Source: an uncultured bacterium
GTDB taxonomy: Bacteria; Hydrothermota; Tepidihabitantia; SM23-42; CAYGYG01
Reading direction: 5' to 3'
DNA: 64,000 bases
NCBI GenBank assembly: GCA_964354155.1
Contig: CAYGYG010000001.1
Span: 139,121-203,120, forward strand
Part shown: one piece after another, positions 1-10,425 of the stretch
Numbering within the stretch: position 1 is the stretch's first letter
Layout of the letters: every line of letters starts with the position of its first letter
Made by a program: the position numbers and the translations under genes
The notes under the pieces: model-generated
Database searches by the model: none
What the model was told of the DNA's origin: nothing
The model's input: the letters and a program-made list of their open reading frames with translations, nothing else

Positions 1-1130
1 TGTCCGAAAGCGAACATTCGGACGCGGTAGGACTCCTCGATTGCCTTCAACTGGTTCAGTAACTCGGGTATGTGACTGCGCGGAACGACCAGGTCATCCC
101 GGGACACCACGCGCCCCTGTGCCTTCAGCATCTCGCCGGTCTTCTTTCGAGGCTCCCAGATCCGTTCCTGGGTTGGCCGGTCTTCGCCGACCAGAACATC
201 CTCAGCACCGGTTTCCAGGGCAATCTCGCCGGCCGGTTCATATTGCCGCCGGACGTGTTCCAGGCTGTCGCCGTCAAACTGAACAATGAGGTGGACTCCG
301 GCTTGGGCGAAGGGTATTGGCCGCCCGAGAAACTTCTCGCAAGCCCTGACGACTTCCCCGTCCATCAGCTCAACCGCGCTGGGCAGGAGTCCGGCCTGGG
401 TTATCCGCGTGGCGAACTGGGCGGCCTGTTCGGCGCGGGCATAGGGAACCAGCATGTCGACTCTTGAGCGGGGCAGCGGCAAGACCTTGAGGGTAGCCTC
501 GGTTATCAAGGCCAACGTGCCTTCGGAACCGATCAATAAGTCCATGATGCTGTATCCGGTCACGTTCTTCAGCAGTTTGCCCGACATTCGGAGAACGGTT
601 CCCTGGGGCAGCACGACTTCCATGCCCATGACATAATTTCGGGTTACTCCGTACTTGACGGCCTTGGGTCCGCCGGCATTCTCCGCGATATTGCCGCCGA
701 TGCAGCACGAGTCGATGGAAACCGGATCTGGAGGGAAAAAAAGGTTCTGCTTCTCCAGACTTTTGGCCAGGTCGCCGGTGATGAGGCCGGGCTCGACCAC
801 GACCATCGAATTGGCAACGTCGACCTCCTTCAGCCGGTTCATCTTCTCGAACGCGATGACGATGCCGCCGCAAGCCGGGATTGCTCCACCCGAAAGGCCG
901 GTCCCGCCCGCACGTGGTGTGACGGGAACGTGCTCTTTGCTTGCGAGCTTCATTACGGCCGACACCTGCTCAGTGCTTGCTACGCGGACCACGACCTCGG
1001 GCCACGCCTGGTGCATCGGCGTTTCGTCGCGGGAATAGGGTTCCACTTTCTCCGGGGTTGACAGGCAATTCTCCGGGCGGACAATGTCTTTCAAGGCTTC
1101 GAGCAAGCCCGGCGCGACCTTGTTGAACAT
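1..1130 (-). CDS. FAD-linked oxidase, GlcD/D-lactate dehydrogenase family (3' end runs off the window)
   Basis: Not in the ORF track. Hand translation from ATG 1130 gives MFNKVAPGLL...VTPRAGGTGLSGGA...VEPGLITGDL...FFPPDPVS...IGGNIAENAGGPKAVKYGVTRNYV, and the same frame reads ...RMFAFG at base 1. These are typical FAD_binding_4/GlcD motifs. Confidence 0.9.
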   Translation of the reverse strand, partial: MFNKVAPGLLEALKDIVRPENCLSTPEKVEPYSRDETPMHQAWPEVVVRVASTEQVSAVMKLASKEHVPVTPRAGGTGLSGGAIPACGGIVIAFEKMNRLKEVDVANSMVVVEPGLITGDLAKSLEKQNLFFPPDPVSIDSCCIGGNIAENAGGPKAVKYGVTRNYVMGMEVVLPQGTVLRMSGKLLKNVTGYSIMDLLIGSEGTLALITEATLKVLPLPRSRVDMLVPYARAEQAAQFATRITQAGLLPSAVELMDGEVVRACEKFLGRPIPFAQAGVHLIVQFDGDSLEHVRRQYEPAGEIALETGAEDVLVGEDRPTQERIWEPRKKTGEMLKAQGRVVSRDDLVVPRSHIPELLNQLKAIEESYRVRMFAFG

Positions 1131-1135
1131 TGGCA

Positions 1136-1163
1136 ATTGTAGTCGAAAAACGCCGAATTTCAA
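1136..1163 (-). promoter_or_regulatory. sigma70-type promoter TTGAAA-N16-TACAAT, probably leaderless transcript
   Basis: The -10 box ends 5 nt before ATG 1130 and there is no Shine-Dalgarno. Confidence 0.55.
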
Positions 1164-1290
1164 TAGCAAACTGACCCCCACACTGGTTTCCATAACTCGG
1201 CGTTGTCTATCTTACAGATTGAGCCCGGCTCAAAATGTACAATGAACGGGCGCAAAGACCGGGGTGGCCATGATCAAGATGCGCAAAGGC

Positions 1291-1318
1291 TTGACTATCG
1301 GCGCAGTTTGCCTACAAT
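1291..1318 (+). promoter_or_regulatory. sigma70-type promoter TTGACT-N16-TACAAT
   Basis: Directly upstream of a GGAGG RBS and ATG 1339. Confidence 0.65.
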
Positions 1319-1338
1319 TGGACTACTGGAGGAAACGC

Positions 1339-2916
1339 ATGTTGAATTTGCTACTGTTTCTGGTTGCGGTTGAGGTCAATTCCAAGGTCGATTCGGTGGT
1401 GGTCTACCCGGATCGGGTCCTGGTTTCGCGGGTCGCCTATGTGAACCTTCAGGCCGAAACGAAACTCGTATTCTCCAACCTGCCCGGCGGTCTTGACGAC
1501 CAGTCGGTAAGGATCAAGGCGCAAGGCGTGACGATCGGGGAGATTCAGGTTTTGCGTGGCTATGCCAAGGAACCACATCCCCGGGTCAAAGAGCTTGAGG
1601 CGAGAATTAAAGCGCTAGAAATCGAAGACCGAACGCTCACCGACGAGACGACCGTGATGCAGGCCAAAGAAAAACTCTTAAGTTCGATTTCGGTCGGCTC
1701 CGCCGATGTCATTTCCAAGGAGATTTACACCGGCAAGGTGGCCCCGGCCGCGTGGCAGCAGGGCGTAAGGTTTGTGGTCGATGAACTGATGAAGACCAGG
1801 ATCAGGGTCGCCGAGATTGAGCGTGCGAAAATCACTTTGAGCGAGAAACTCGATGCGCTGCGGCGCGAGCTGGGCGATGTCAAGGCGGTCGAAGAGAACC
1901 GGAAGGCAGTCGTCTTCGATGCCCAGCCCAAGACCGCTCAAAGCTACAAGCTTGAACTCAGCTACCTGATCAGCGGCGCGAGCTGGCGTACTTATTATGA
2001 TCTGAGAGCCGATCCTTCGGCGCGGCAGGTCTCCATTTCCTATTACAGCAAGACGAGCCAGCGCACCGGCGAAGATTGGGACGAAGCCAAGATCGTCTTA
2101 TCTACGGCCCAGCCCGTGTTCGGGGGGGCGGCGCCGACACCTGATCCCTGGTATATCACTATTCGGGAACCGGAATACGCCGAGAGGAAAGATGCCGAGG
2201 GCCTGATGAGGGCGGCCGAGGCCGCCAAACCCCTCAGTATGCCGGCGGTACTGGCCCCGGCGGCTCCGCCGTCGGCCCCTCCGGTTGAGGCCGGCATTTC
2301 CATTTGGTACCCTCTGCCCGGCCGCTACACGATCAAGAGCGGCGATCAGGAGCGGAAGATCTTGATTACGAACCGGGAATTCGAGGCCTCGTTCGACTAC
2401 TTCATCATGCCGCGCGTGACGCAGTTCGCCTACTCAATCGGCAATGCCAAGAACACGAGCGATTACCTCTTTTTAGCCGGCCATGGCGGAACCTATGTGG
2501 GCGATGATTTTACCGGCAATACCTACGTGTCCGACATTGCGCCGGAAGAGTCTTTGCGGCTTTCCTTCGGGGTGGATGAACGGATCCGAATCAAGCGCGA
2601 GACGAAGAAAATGAAAGTGAACAAGGGCGGCATGTTCGGCGGCAAGACCAAGTACGAGTTTGTCTACGAGAATGTCATTGAAAACTTCCACACCAAAGAG
2701 GTCTCCTGCCGTATCGTCGACCAGGTCCCCTTGCCCAACCATCCGGACATCAAGGTGGTCGACGTGAAGCTCGTGCCCAAGCCCGACGAGGAAGATAAGG
2801 ACCGCGGCATCTACTCCTGGTTGACCAAGCTCGGCGCCAAGGCGAAGTACACAGTAACGGTTTCGTTTACGGTCGAAGCCCCGTCCGATGCGCGGATCGA
2901 CGGGCTCATCTACTAG
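1339..2916 (+). CDS. DUF4139/DUF4140 (mucoidy inhibitor MuiA-like) protein, paralog 1
   Basis: SKVDSVVVYPDRVLV, LPGGLDDQSVR, ASWRTYYDLR, SQRTGEDW..AKIVLSTAQP, LSFGVDERI, IVDQVP. Start moved to ATG 1339 behind GGAGG. Confidence 0.85.
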   Translation: MLNLLLFLVAVEVNSKVDSVVVYPDRVLVSRVAYVNLQAETKLVFSNLPGGLDDQSVRIKAQGVTIGEIQVLRGYAKEPHPRVKELEARIKALEIEDRTLTDETTVMQAKEKLLSSISVGSADVISKEIYTGKVAPAAWQQGVRFVVDELMKTRIRVAEIERAKITLSEKLDALRRELGDVKAVEENRKAVVFDAQPKTAQSYKLELSYLISGASWRTYYDLRADPSARQVSISYYSKTSQRTGEDWDEAKIVLSTAQPVFGGAAPTPDPWYITIREPEYAERKDAEGLMRAAEAAKPLSMPAVLAPAAPPSAPPVEAGISIWYPLPGRYTIKSGDQERKILITNREFEASFDYFIMPRVTQFAYSIGNAKNTSDYLFLAGHGGTYVGDDFTGNTYVSDIAPEESLRLSFGVDERIRIKRETKKMKVNKGGMFGGKTKYEFVYENVIENFHTKEVSCRIVDQVPLPNHPDIKVVDVKLVPKPDEEDKDRGIYSWLTKLGAKAKYTVTVSFTVEAPSDARIDGLIY

Positions 2917-3127
2917 TGGTCTGTGACATAAGTTAAGGTCAACGAACATTGACCCCAATACAGACCGCTGCGGGGGGTTTTAGGGGCGTGAAGTCTCACC
3001 CCCTAAGGGGTTACAATTACGAAAGTTGCCGGTGGCAAGTTTCGTAATGTCATAGGGGCGAGAGCCCCTGTGAAAGTGCTGTGTTACCTCACAACAAGTT
3101 GCCGAAATTCATGTAACACAGCACTAG
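2913..3127. mobile_element. MITE-like element with imperfect terminal inverted repeats and CTAG at both ends
   Basis: Left end tactagtggtctgtgacataagtt versus reverse complement of right end tactagtgctgtgttacatgaatt. Internal hairpins at 2980-3006, 3016-3048, 3051-3072 and 3075-3125 (13-bp perfect stem). Confidence 0.55.
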
Positions 3128-3219
3128 TATCGTGCCCCGGACGGGTTTTTGCGCCGGGGCATAACGACTTATCGGAAGGGTCGCACTGGTTCAGTTGAGG
3201 ATACCACAAGGAGGACAGC

Positions 3220-4782
3220 GTGTCGGACAAGCCAGCAATCCAGGCCGATTCAAAGGTAAGTTCAGTAATTATCTACAATGACCGAGCCTTGGTCACCCGC
3301 ACGGCCAAGGTCACCGTGGAGAAGGAGTCAGATCTGGTCTTTGCCGGACTACCCGGCGGTCTTGACGACCAGTCGGTGCGGGTCAAAGCCAAAGGTTTGA
3401 CGATCGGCGAAATCCAAATCCGGACCGGCTACGAAAAGCAACCCCACCCTCGGGTCAAAGAGATCCAGGATCGAATCAAGGCGCTTGAAATCGACGACCG
3501 CAAGTTGGCTGACGAGTATGCCATCACCAAAGAGAAAGAGAAATTCCTAAGCTCGATTGCGACCAGTTCGGCAACGCTGATCACGAAAGAGATAAACTCG
3601 GCGCAAGTATCGCCCCAATCCTGGCGGGAAGGCCTCAAGTTCATCGTTGAAGAGTTGACCAGGTCCCGGACGCGGGTTGCCGAAATTGAACGGGAGCGGA
3701 CCGAACTCAAGGAAAAGATCAGCGCGGCGAATCAGGAGCTAAACGATATTCGGGCTGATGTTGAACAACGGAAGGCGATTACGTTCGATGTTCAGCCGGA
3801 GAAGGCGCAAGGCTACGAGATCGAGCTGAGCTACGTCATCTACGGGGCAAGCTGGTGGACTTACTATGAACTGCGCGGCCACCCGGTCGAGAAACAGCTT
3901 GAGATTTCGTACTTCGGCAAGGTTAGTCAGCGTACCGGCGAAGACTGGGATGATACCAAGCTCATTCTGTCGACCGGCATGCCGGCGCTCGGCGGTGTGG
4001 CGCCGGAACCATCGCCGTGGTACATCAGCTTGTACCGCGCCCGACCCCAGGGCGTGGCCTATGCCGCGGATGAGTGCCGTTCCGTTGCCCAAGCCCCCAA
4101 GGCGAAGCGGGAGATGACGGAAGAAGAAGCTCCGCCTGAGCCGGTGCCGGTCGAAGCCGGCATTGCCATCTTGTATCCCTTACCCGGCAAGTACACGATC
4201 AAGAGCGGTGACCAGGAGCGGAAGATCTTGATCAAGAAGATGCCGTTTGAGGCCGAATTCGCATACTCAACCCTGCCCCGCATTTCCCAGCTTGCCTATC
4301 TCACCGGCAAGATCAAAAACGCGACCGATTTTCTCCTGCTGGCCGGGGAAGGCAATACCTACGTCGGGGACGATTTCACGGGCCGGGTCTACGTACCGAC
4401 GGTGGTGCCGGACGATTTCCTCACCGCATCCCTGGGCGTGGACGAGCGGGTCAAAGTCAAGCGCGAGCTAAAGAAGATGAAGGTTGACAAGGGCGGCATT
4501 TTCGGCTCCAAGACCAAACACGAGATGGCCTACGAGAACTCAATCGAGAACTTCCACAGCAAGGAACTGACCTGCAAGATCGTCGACCAGGTTCCGGTTC
4601 CGACCGACCCCAGTATAAAAGTGAGCGACGTCAGGTTCGAACCGAAGCCGACTGAAGAGAACAAGGACCAGGGCATATACACCTGGAAAGTCGTGCTGCA
4701 GCCCAAGGCTAAGTTTGTTATCAAGGTCTCGTTCTCGGTCGAAGCCCCGGGCGAAGCGGAAATCCAGGGGCTTTCTGCTTAA
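3220..4782 (+). CDS. DUF4139/DUF4140 (MuiA-like) protein, paralog 2, no obvious signal peptide
   Basis: Colinear with the 1339..2916 product (LPGGLDDQSVR, SQRTGEDW, YPLPGKYTIKSGDQERKILI). GTG start after AGGAGG. Confidence 0.85.
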   Translation: MSDKPAIQADSKVSSVIIYNDRALVTRTAKVTVEKESDLVFAGLPGGLDDQSVRVKAKGLTIGEIQIRTGYEKQPHPRVKEIQDRIKALEIDDRKLADEYAITKEKEKFLSSIATSSATLITKEINSAQVSPQSWREGLKFIVEELTRSRTRVAEIERERTELKEKISAANQELNDIRADVEQRKAITFDVQPEKAQGYEIELSYVIYGASWWTYYELRGHPVEKQLEISYFGKVSQRTGEDWDDTKLILSTGMPALGGVAPEPSPWYISLYRARPQGVAYAADECRSVAQAPKAKREMTEEEAPPEPVPVEAGIAILYPLPGKYTIKSGDQERKILIKKMPFEAEFAYSTLPRISQLAYLTGKIKNATDFLLLAGEGNTYVGDDFTGRVYVPTVVPDDFLTASLGVDERVKVKRELKKMKVDKGGIFGSKTKHEMAYENSIENFHSKELTCKIVDQVPVPTDPSIKVSDVRFEPKPTEENKDQGIYTWKVVLQPKAKFVIKVSFSVEAPGEAEIQGLSA

Positions 4783-4868
4783 GTCAAGCCATACTGTTGG
4801 GTTCCAGCCGGTATGGCCGATATTGGCGCTTTTATATCCAATTATGACTAATTATATATAAATTCATA

Positions 4869-4896
4869 TTGACAAAACAGTGGATTTATGTATAAT
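4869..4896 (+). promoter_or_regulatory. consensus sigma70 promoter TTGACA-N16-TATAAT with AT-rich upstream region
   Basis: Both hexamers are perfect; about 90 nt upstream of ATG 4988. Confidence 0.8.
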
Positions 4897-4987
4897 TGTG
4901 CCCAGAACAGGCAAGAGGAGGTGAGGTCTTCTCAAAGAACAAGTGTTTTCTTGCTTTGCGAAGGGTCAACTTTAACAAGGAGGTAAA

Positions 4988-6631
4988 ATGAAATACCTGA
5001 TGACCCTTATGGTCCTGGTTGGGATTGGCTTGGCTTTCACGCCCAACTCGTTTCGACTGCAGTCGACAGCGTACCTGTTTGAAGATGACTACGACCTGAT
5101 ATTCGATCCTGCGCGGCTGCCCCTTATCGAAGGTTCCCGTCTTTATACGAACCTATCCAATCTCGTCAGCAGTGATGAGGATGTGTTCGGTCCGATCAGC
5201 ATGGACTACTACCTTTTTGCTGGCTCGACCAAGCTCGGCTCGGTCTATCCGGGGATGATCTACGACAACTACTCAGCCAAGGATCCTAACTACACCGGCC
5301 TGCGGGACCGTTTCGGTGATTCGCTGTACGGCGATGCGCAGACCGACTCGATCAGCCTGTTCGACCTGGACGGCAACGGCCTGTATGACTACAAGACCGT
5401 TGATGCGCGCAAGGCCAGCGCCTGGGATAAAGAAACCAACGTCAACTTCCTGCTCGGCTTCGGCAAGCGAGTGGGTGAGAACATGCGCGTCGGGTTCGGC
5501 TACTACCGGTTCGTCGACCGGTTCAAGAACATCTCGCCCGCCTTCAACCACGTCTACGATCGAAAGGACTCCAATCTCGTCAGTTCGATCTGGACTTATT
5601 CGCGTTATGATTCAGCGACCGGTGAATACAACAGCTTCGACAACGGGCACGAGTTCCATCTCAGCGGCTGGCGCGATGCGGAGAAGATGAATGTGGGTCT
5701 CGGAGTCAAATTCATCATGGAGTCGTACGGTTACGAAAATATGACTACCTCCATGCTGGATGAGAATCGCAGTCCGAACAATCCCGCGGTTGTCGACTAC
5801 AAGAAAGTCAACGTTACCGATTCGACCGACTTCACGCACTCCGGTTTCAGCATTCCGGTCACGGCGAAAGTGTTCTACAACTGGAACGAGAAGACCCAGA
5901 GCCGATTCTACCTGACCTACGAAATGGGGAACTTCAACATCGTTGACGATGCGCGGGGCTACGGCGTTGTCTCGGCTGACAGCACCTGCCGGCCCGGCTT
6001 GATGCTGGTCAACGATACGATCAACCACAACTACTTCGGCAAGTATAGCGAGAGCAACATCACGCTCAACACCCAGCACTTCTTCAAGGTCTCGGACCGC
6101 GTCGACCTGGCCTTCGGCCTCGGCGTGGCCAACGAGACCTACTCGGACGAGGTGAATGACAGCATGGTAACCTACCGGCACCTTTCATACAATGACGGCG
6201 ACACGCTGGCGGATCGCGATGACTCGACCGTCGTGACGAACGGCGTCGAGTACTGGAAGTCGATGGGTACCGGGGTCACCAGGTCGCTCTGGCTGCCTGT
6301 AGGCGTTGAATTCAAAGTGATCAACCCGCTGGTGCTGAGACTCGGTGCCATCCACACGATCACGATGTACGATGACACCCAGACCGAGAACTTGGTCGAG
6401 ATCAATCCGCTCAAGACCAAGGTCACGTATGGCGACGGTACAACCCGTGAAGCGATCGCGAACCAAACCCGCAAACCTTCGACCGTAACACCGAAACCGA
6501 CCACGAGTGTCACGACCTACACCTACGGCATCGGCTGGGCGGCCGCCGAGAACCTGCAGATCGACCTGATGGGCTTTGCCCGACTCACCGATCTGACGAA
6601 CTGGAAGCTGTCCGCAACCTTTAAATTCTAA
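4988..6631 (+). CDS. Putative outer-membrane beta-barrel protein, likely abundant
   Basis: Sec signal MKYLMTLMVLVGIGLA, amphipathic beta-strand pattern, C-terminal KLSATFKF beta-signal, strong AAGGAGG RBS. Confidence 0.7.
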   Translation: MKYLMTLMVLVGIGLAFTPNSFRLQSTAYLFEDDYDLIFDPARLPLIEGSRLYTNLSNLVSSDEDVFGPISMDYYLFAGSTKLGSVYPGMIYDNYSAKDPNYTGLRDRFGDSLYGDAQTDSISLFDLDGNGLYDYKTVDARKASAWDKETNVNFLLGFGKRVGENMRVGFGYYRFVDRFKNISPAFNHVYDRKDSNLVSSIWTYSRYDSATGEYNSFDNGHEFHLSGWRDAEKMNVGLGVKFIMESYGYENMTTSMLDENRSPNNPAVVDYKKVNVTDSTDFTHSGFSIPVTAKVFYNWNEKTQSRFYLTYEMGNFNIVDDARGYGVVSADSTCRPGLMLVNDTINHNYFGKYSESNITLNTQHFFKVSDRVDLAFGLGVANETYSDEVNDSMVTYRHLSYNDGDTLADRDDSTVVTNGVEYWKSMGTGVTRSLWLPVGVEFKVINPLVLRLGAIHTITMYDDTQTENLVEINPLKTKVTYGDGTTREAIANQTRKPSTVTPKPTTSVTTYTYGIGWAAAENLQIDLMGFARLTDLTNWKLSATFKF

Positions 6632-6646
6632 CTGCAGGAGGCAGAG

Positions 6647-7867
6647 ATGAAAAAGCTCCTAATCATTTCCGCGGCAATCCTTCTGGTGCTTGCCTGCGGT
6701 AAGAAAGACAATCCCCTGGAGATTGACAAGATCCTGGTCGGGGGCGGCGATGCCGATCTTTGCACCGTGGCGGGTGTGAGTCCGGGCAACCGAACCCAAC
6801 TCGTAGATGAAAATCCGTCTACCACGCCGATCGAAGCAACGGTCCAGGTCGTTTTCAGCAACTTCATGGACCCGGCATCTCTGACCAGCACGAGTGTGAA
6901 GGTCAAGAGCACGACGTCCGGCAGCGAGATCACGACCGTGCTGAACTACAACAAGGACGCCAGGGTGCTGTTCATCCGTTCCGATAACTGGCCTACGTCC
7001 CAGGCGTTTCTGCTGACGATCGTGTCCGGTGCGAGTGGCGCGAAGAACGTGTTCGGCACGGCGATCGACGGTGATGCCGACAACTTCGACGACGGTACGC
7101 CATATGATGACTATCTCTCGACCTTCTTCACCGCGGGCAGTGCCGCCGACAGCTGCGTTGGTGTGATCGCGGACCAGGCGCGGATCGCCTCGATCACGCC
7201 GGCCCGGGCCATGAACACCAACCTGCGGCCAGCGGTCGCGGTTACGTTCAATCGCGCCATGGATACGTTGACCTTCACCGGCTCGACGATCCAGCTGGCG
7301 GCCGAAGGCGGCGCACCGGTCTCGGTGACCTGGGCGCCTAAGACGCCAACCGTGGCTTCGTTCACGCCCTCGGCGGATCTGAGCTACGGCACCAAGTACA
7401 TCATCAAGGTCGTGAGCAAAGACACAAAGAGCATCCAACTGGCTAATACACCGGCCTATCTGGTTCCGCTCGACGGCAACCGCAACGGACCGCAGCAGAC
7501 CGAGCCGGATACAATAACCTACTTTGTCTGCGATACGGCCGCGGCTCCGACCGTGACGGCCGCGAGGATCACTGGTGGCGTCAGCTTCACCTTCTCGCGG
7601 ATCATGGATACGACCACGACCTCGACGGTGAATGTCAAGGTCTTCGACCGCGATGGCTATGTGCCCGGAAGTTTCGTCTTCTCGACCCCGGGCGGCAACA
7701 CGACCAGGATCGAGTACTACTTCCAGCGTACCGTGACCCTCCCCCTGGACGCCTTCGTCAGCAAGGAAGCGAAGGCCACTAACGGCAAGAAACTGGATGG
7801 TGAGACGACCCCCAACGGTATCGGCGGCGAACCATGGGATGATTACTGGAGAAGGAACGTGCCGTAG
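6647..7867 (+). CDS. Lipoprotein with bacterial Ig-like (Big_5-type) domains
   Basis: Lipobox VLAC; repeated V.FS..MD motifs (VVFSNFMD, VTFNRAMD, FTFSRIMD); FTPSADLSYGTKY. Confidence 0.75.
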   Translation: MKKLLIISAAILLVLACGKKDNPLEIDKILVGGGDADLCTVAGVSPGNRTQLVDENPSTTPIEATVQVVFSNFMDPASLTSTSVKVKSTTSGSEITTVLNYNKDARVLFIRSDNWPTSQAFLLTIVSGASGAKNVFGTAIDGDADNFDDGTPYDDYLSTFFTAGSAADSCVGVIADQARIASITPARAMNTNLRPAVAVTFNRAMDTLTFTGSTIQLAAEGGAPVSVTWAPKTPTVASFTPSADLSYGTKYIIKVVSKDTKSIQLANTPAYLVPLDGNRNGPQQTEPDTITYFVCDTAAAPTVTAARITGGVSFTFSRIMDTTTTSTVNVKVFDRDGYVPGSFVFSTPGGNTTRIEYYFQRTVTLPLDAFVSKEAKATNGKKLDGETTPNGIGGEPWDDYWRRNVP

Positions 7868-7882
7868 AGTCGGTAAAGAATC

Positions 7883-7916
7883 AAAGGGAAGGCCGGCAAC
7901 GGCCTTCCCTTTTTTT
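7883..7916 (+). terminator. Rho-independent terminator
   Basis: aaagggaaggccg-gcaa-cggccttcccttt followed by a T run, just after the stop at 7867. Confidence 0.9.
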
Positions 7917-8006
7917 GTACCATCAAGTGAGTCTGGTGTAGCGCGCGATAGATCACTCGACGTTCAAGTGACTTCGGCAAGCCTTCGGAATATCGTCAGT
8001 ACCGGG

Positions 8007-8044
8007 ATTGCCACGGGTCGATTGCATCGGCTCTCGCAATGACA
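8007..8044. repeat. REP-like palindrome (gattgc...ctcgcaatgaca family)
   Basis: gattgccacgggtcgattgcatcggctctcgcaatgaca; same family as the doublet at 34991-35081. Confidence 0.55.
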
Positions 8045-8216
8045 CACACGGAGTTTGCTGAATACCCACAATCATGAGAAGAAGCTCCCAGAATGTGAAA
8101 ATCTGTTGGACGCATCACACTGGGAAAGCGATATCGTAGAAAATCGCCCAAAATCGTTGTTGCTATGTCATGGGAAATTGCTATAATCGATGCGAACAAG
8201 ATATCTTATGCTCGGC

Positions 8217-8501
8217 ATGACGCTTAACGAATACCAGACGCTCATCAAAGACATTTATTATGACAAAGACGCCAAGCGCGGTCTGGCCCGGACCTTCGGC
8301 TGGCTCGTCGAGGAGATCGGGGAGCTATCAAGGGCAATAAGGCAGGAAGACAAGGCCGCGATTCGAGAAGAGCTTGCCGACTGTTTTGCCTGGCTCTTGA
8401 GCGTGGCTTCCATTCTGGAAGTCGACGCCGAGTCGGCGCTGGCCAAGTACCGGGACGGTTGTCCCAAGTGTCGTAAAAAACCGTGCACATGCACAGAATG
8501 A
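8217..8501 (+). CDS. MazG-like nucleotide pyrophosphohydrolase with C-terminal Cys cluster
   Basis: WLVEEIGELSRAIR...EELADCFAWL, CPKCRKKPCTC. Start could be 8208 or 8217. Promoter TTGCTA-N16-TATAAT at 8160-8187. Confidence 0.85.
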   Translation: MTLNEYQTLIKDIYYDKDAKRGLARTFGWLVEEIGELSRAIRQEDKAAIREELADCFAWLLSVASILEVDAESALAKYRDGCPKCRKKPCTCTE

Positions 8502-8673
8502 AAGGAAAACCTGCAGAGGATCAGATCATCAGGGCATCAGTAGGTAGAACACCAGCGTACCAGGATATCAGGAGCTAGCATCTCCGTGATCTATCCGCAC
8601 ATCACTGTAATCATCGATGCCTTGCACCGTCTCCACTGTAATCAGCGCCAACTCCAGTTGGCGAGGAGGTTTC

Positions 8674-9792
8674 ATGCTTGAAGTCATTTTGGCCCTGAGC
8701 ATCACCGCGCTATCCCCGCCGTCTGACGTCAGGGCCGTCGATACCCCCAACGACGGCGGAGGATCGATCGGTGTCCGCTGGCAGCTTTCCCCGGATGACG
8801 CGCTGGTCAGCGCTTATCGTATTGAAAGGGCTGAGGCCGGCAAGGATTTTGTGGATATCGGTTTTGTACCCCGGGCCACGGGTGTATTTGTCGATACCCG
8901 GGCGGCAGGCCGAGTCAAGTATTCCTATCGCATCGTTGCCCTCCAGGACACCATGCGGTCTGCTTCAGAACCGACCGGCGACGTATTCAGTTACGGACAG
9001 TGGTTTCATACCGAGCGGGTCAATGTCATCGTCGGGATCATCATTTTTTGTGCACTGATCCTCTGGTTTGTATATCATGCCCGCCGGGGCAAGGAGCTCT
9101 TCATAAGACGAATCGCCGGACTGGATGCGGTCGAGGAAGCCGTGGGTCGGGCCACCGAAATGGGCAAGGCAATTCTCTACGTGCCGGGCCTGGGATCGGT
9201 GGGTGATGTCGCGACGATTGCTTCGCTCAACATATTAGGCGAGGTGGCCCGCAAGACTGCCAAGTACGACACAACGCTGCTGGTGCCGAATCGCGACGCC
9301 ATCGTCTTTACGGTCGCCCAGGCCATGGTTAAGGAGGCCTATACCCGGGAAGGCCGGCCCGACGCGTACAAAGAGGAGAATGTCTTCTTCATCACCGACA
9401 GCCAATTTGCCTATGCCGCGGCCGTCGACGGTCTGATGGTGCGGGAGAAACCGGCAACCAATTTCTTCCTGGGCATGTTCTGGGCCGAATCATTGATCTT
9501 GGCCGAAACCGGGGCAACGACCGGGGCCATCCAGATTGCCGGTACGGACTCGGTCTACCAGCTGCCGTTTTTCATCACGGCGTGCGACTACACGCTGATC
9601 GGCGAAGAACTTTACGCCGCCTCGGCCTATCTTTCCCGCGAAGCCACCCTGCTCGGTTCGCTCAAAGCCCAGGACTACGGTAAGATAATCATCATCACCC
9701 TCATCATCCTTGGTTCGGCGCTCATGCTGGCCGGCACGATCGGTGGTCTCGGATTCCTCAGAGAGATCTACGGCTTCTTCTCGGTCAGCTAA
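8674..9792 (+). CDS. FN3-domain membrane protein with C-terminal DUF6754 domain
   Basis: FN3-like [22 protein letters not shown]; then a TM helix, [66 protein letters not shown] before ATG 8674. Confidence 0.8.
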   Translation: MLEVILALSITALSPPSDVRAVDTPNDGGGSIGVRWQLSPDDALVSAYRIERAEAGKDFVDIGFVPRATGVFVDTRAAGRVKYSYRIVALQDTMRSASEPTGDVFSYGQWFHTERVNVIVGIIIFCALILWFVYHARRGKELFIRRIAGLDAVEEAVGRATEMGKAILYVPGLGSVGDVATIASLNILGEVARKTAKYDTTLLVPNRDAIVFTVAQAMVKEAYTREGRPDAYKEENVFFITDSQFAYAAAVDGLMVREKPATNFFLGMFWAESLILAETGATTGAIQIAGTDSVYQLPFFITACDYTLIGEELYAASAYLSREATLLGSLKAQDYGKIIIITLIILGSALMLAGTIGGLGFLREIYGFFSVS

Positions 9793-9803
9793 GGAGGTTG
9801 ACA

Positions 9804-10424
9804 ATGCAACGACGCATTCCCATGACGATCTGTCTCGTAATGGGGATTTTCATGATCGTCCAGTACATGATTCCTCATCGAGTCTCGACCCAGGCCTACG
9901 AAGAGATGCTGAAGTGGGACCGGATCATCATCGCCTTCGCCTTGATTCTCTCGACCGGAAGTCTGGTGACGCACCACTGGTCGAAAATCAGGCGGAAGAA
10001 ACAAGGTTGGTACTTTAGCATTGTCACCCTGATCGGCCTGGCCATTACCGCATTCATTGGTGTGGGCTGGGGTATCCGGGCGGGCACGGCGCTTCACACC
10101 ATCTTCATAAATATGATTGTGCCTCTGGGTTCGTCGATGTTTGCCATCCTGGCGTTCTACATGGCTTCGGCGGCCTATAGGGCATTCCGGGCGCGTAACA
10201 AGGAAGCGACCCTGCTTTTGATCGCGGCGTTTATCGTGATGCTGGGCATGGTGCCGATCGGTTCGTTTCTTTGGGACAAGCTGCCCGATGTCGCACAGTG
10301 GATTCTCAATGTGCCTAACCTGGCGGCCAAGCGGGCGATTTTCTTCGGCGTGGCGCTGGGCGTAATCGCGACTTCAATCAAGATTATCTTCGGCATCGAA
10401 CGCGGCTGGATAGGAGGCAAGTGA
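9804..10424 (+). CDS. Conserved multi-pass membrane protein (DUF6754-associated)
   Basis: About 6 TM segments, [30 protein letters not shown]; AAGGAGG RBS. Confidence 0.75.
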   Translation: MQRRIPMTICLVMGIFMIVQYMIPHRVSTQAYEEMLKWDRIIIAFALILSTGSLVTHHWSKIRRKKQGWYFSIVTLIGLAITAFIGVGWGIRAGTALHTIFINMIVPLGSSMFAILAFYMASAAYRAFRARNKEATLLLIAAFIVMLGMVPIGSFLWDKLPDVAQWILNVPNLAAKRAIFFGVALGVIATSIKIIFGIERGWIGGK

Positions 10425-10425
10425 C

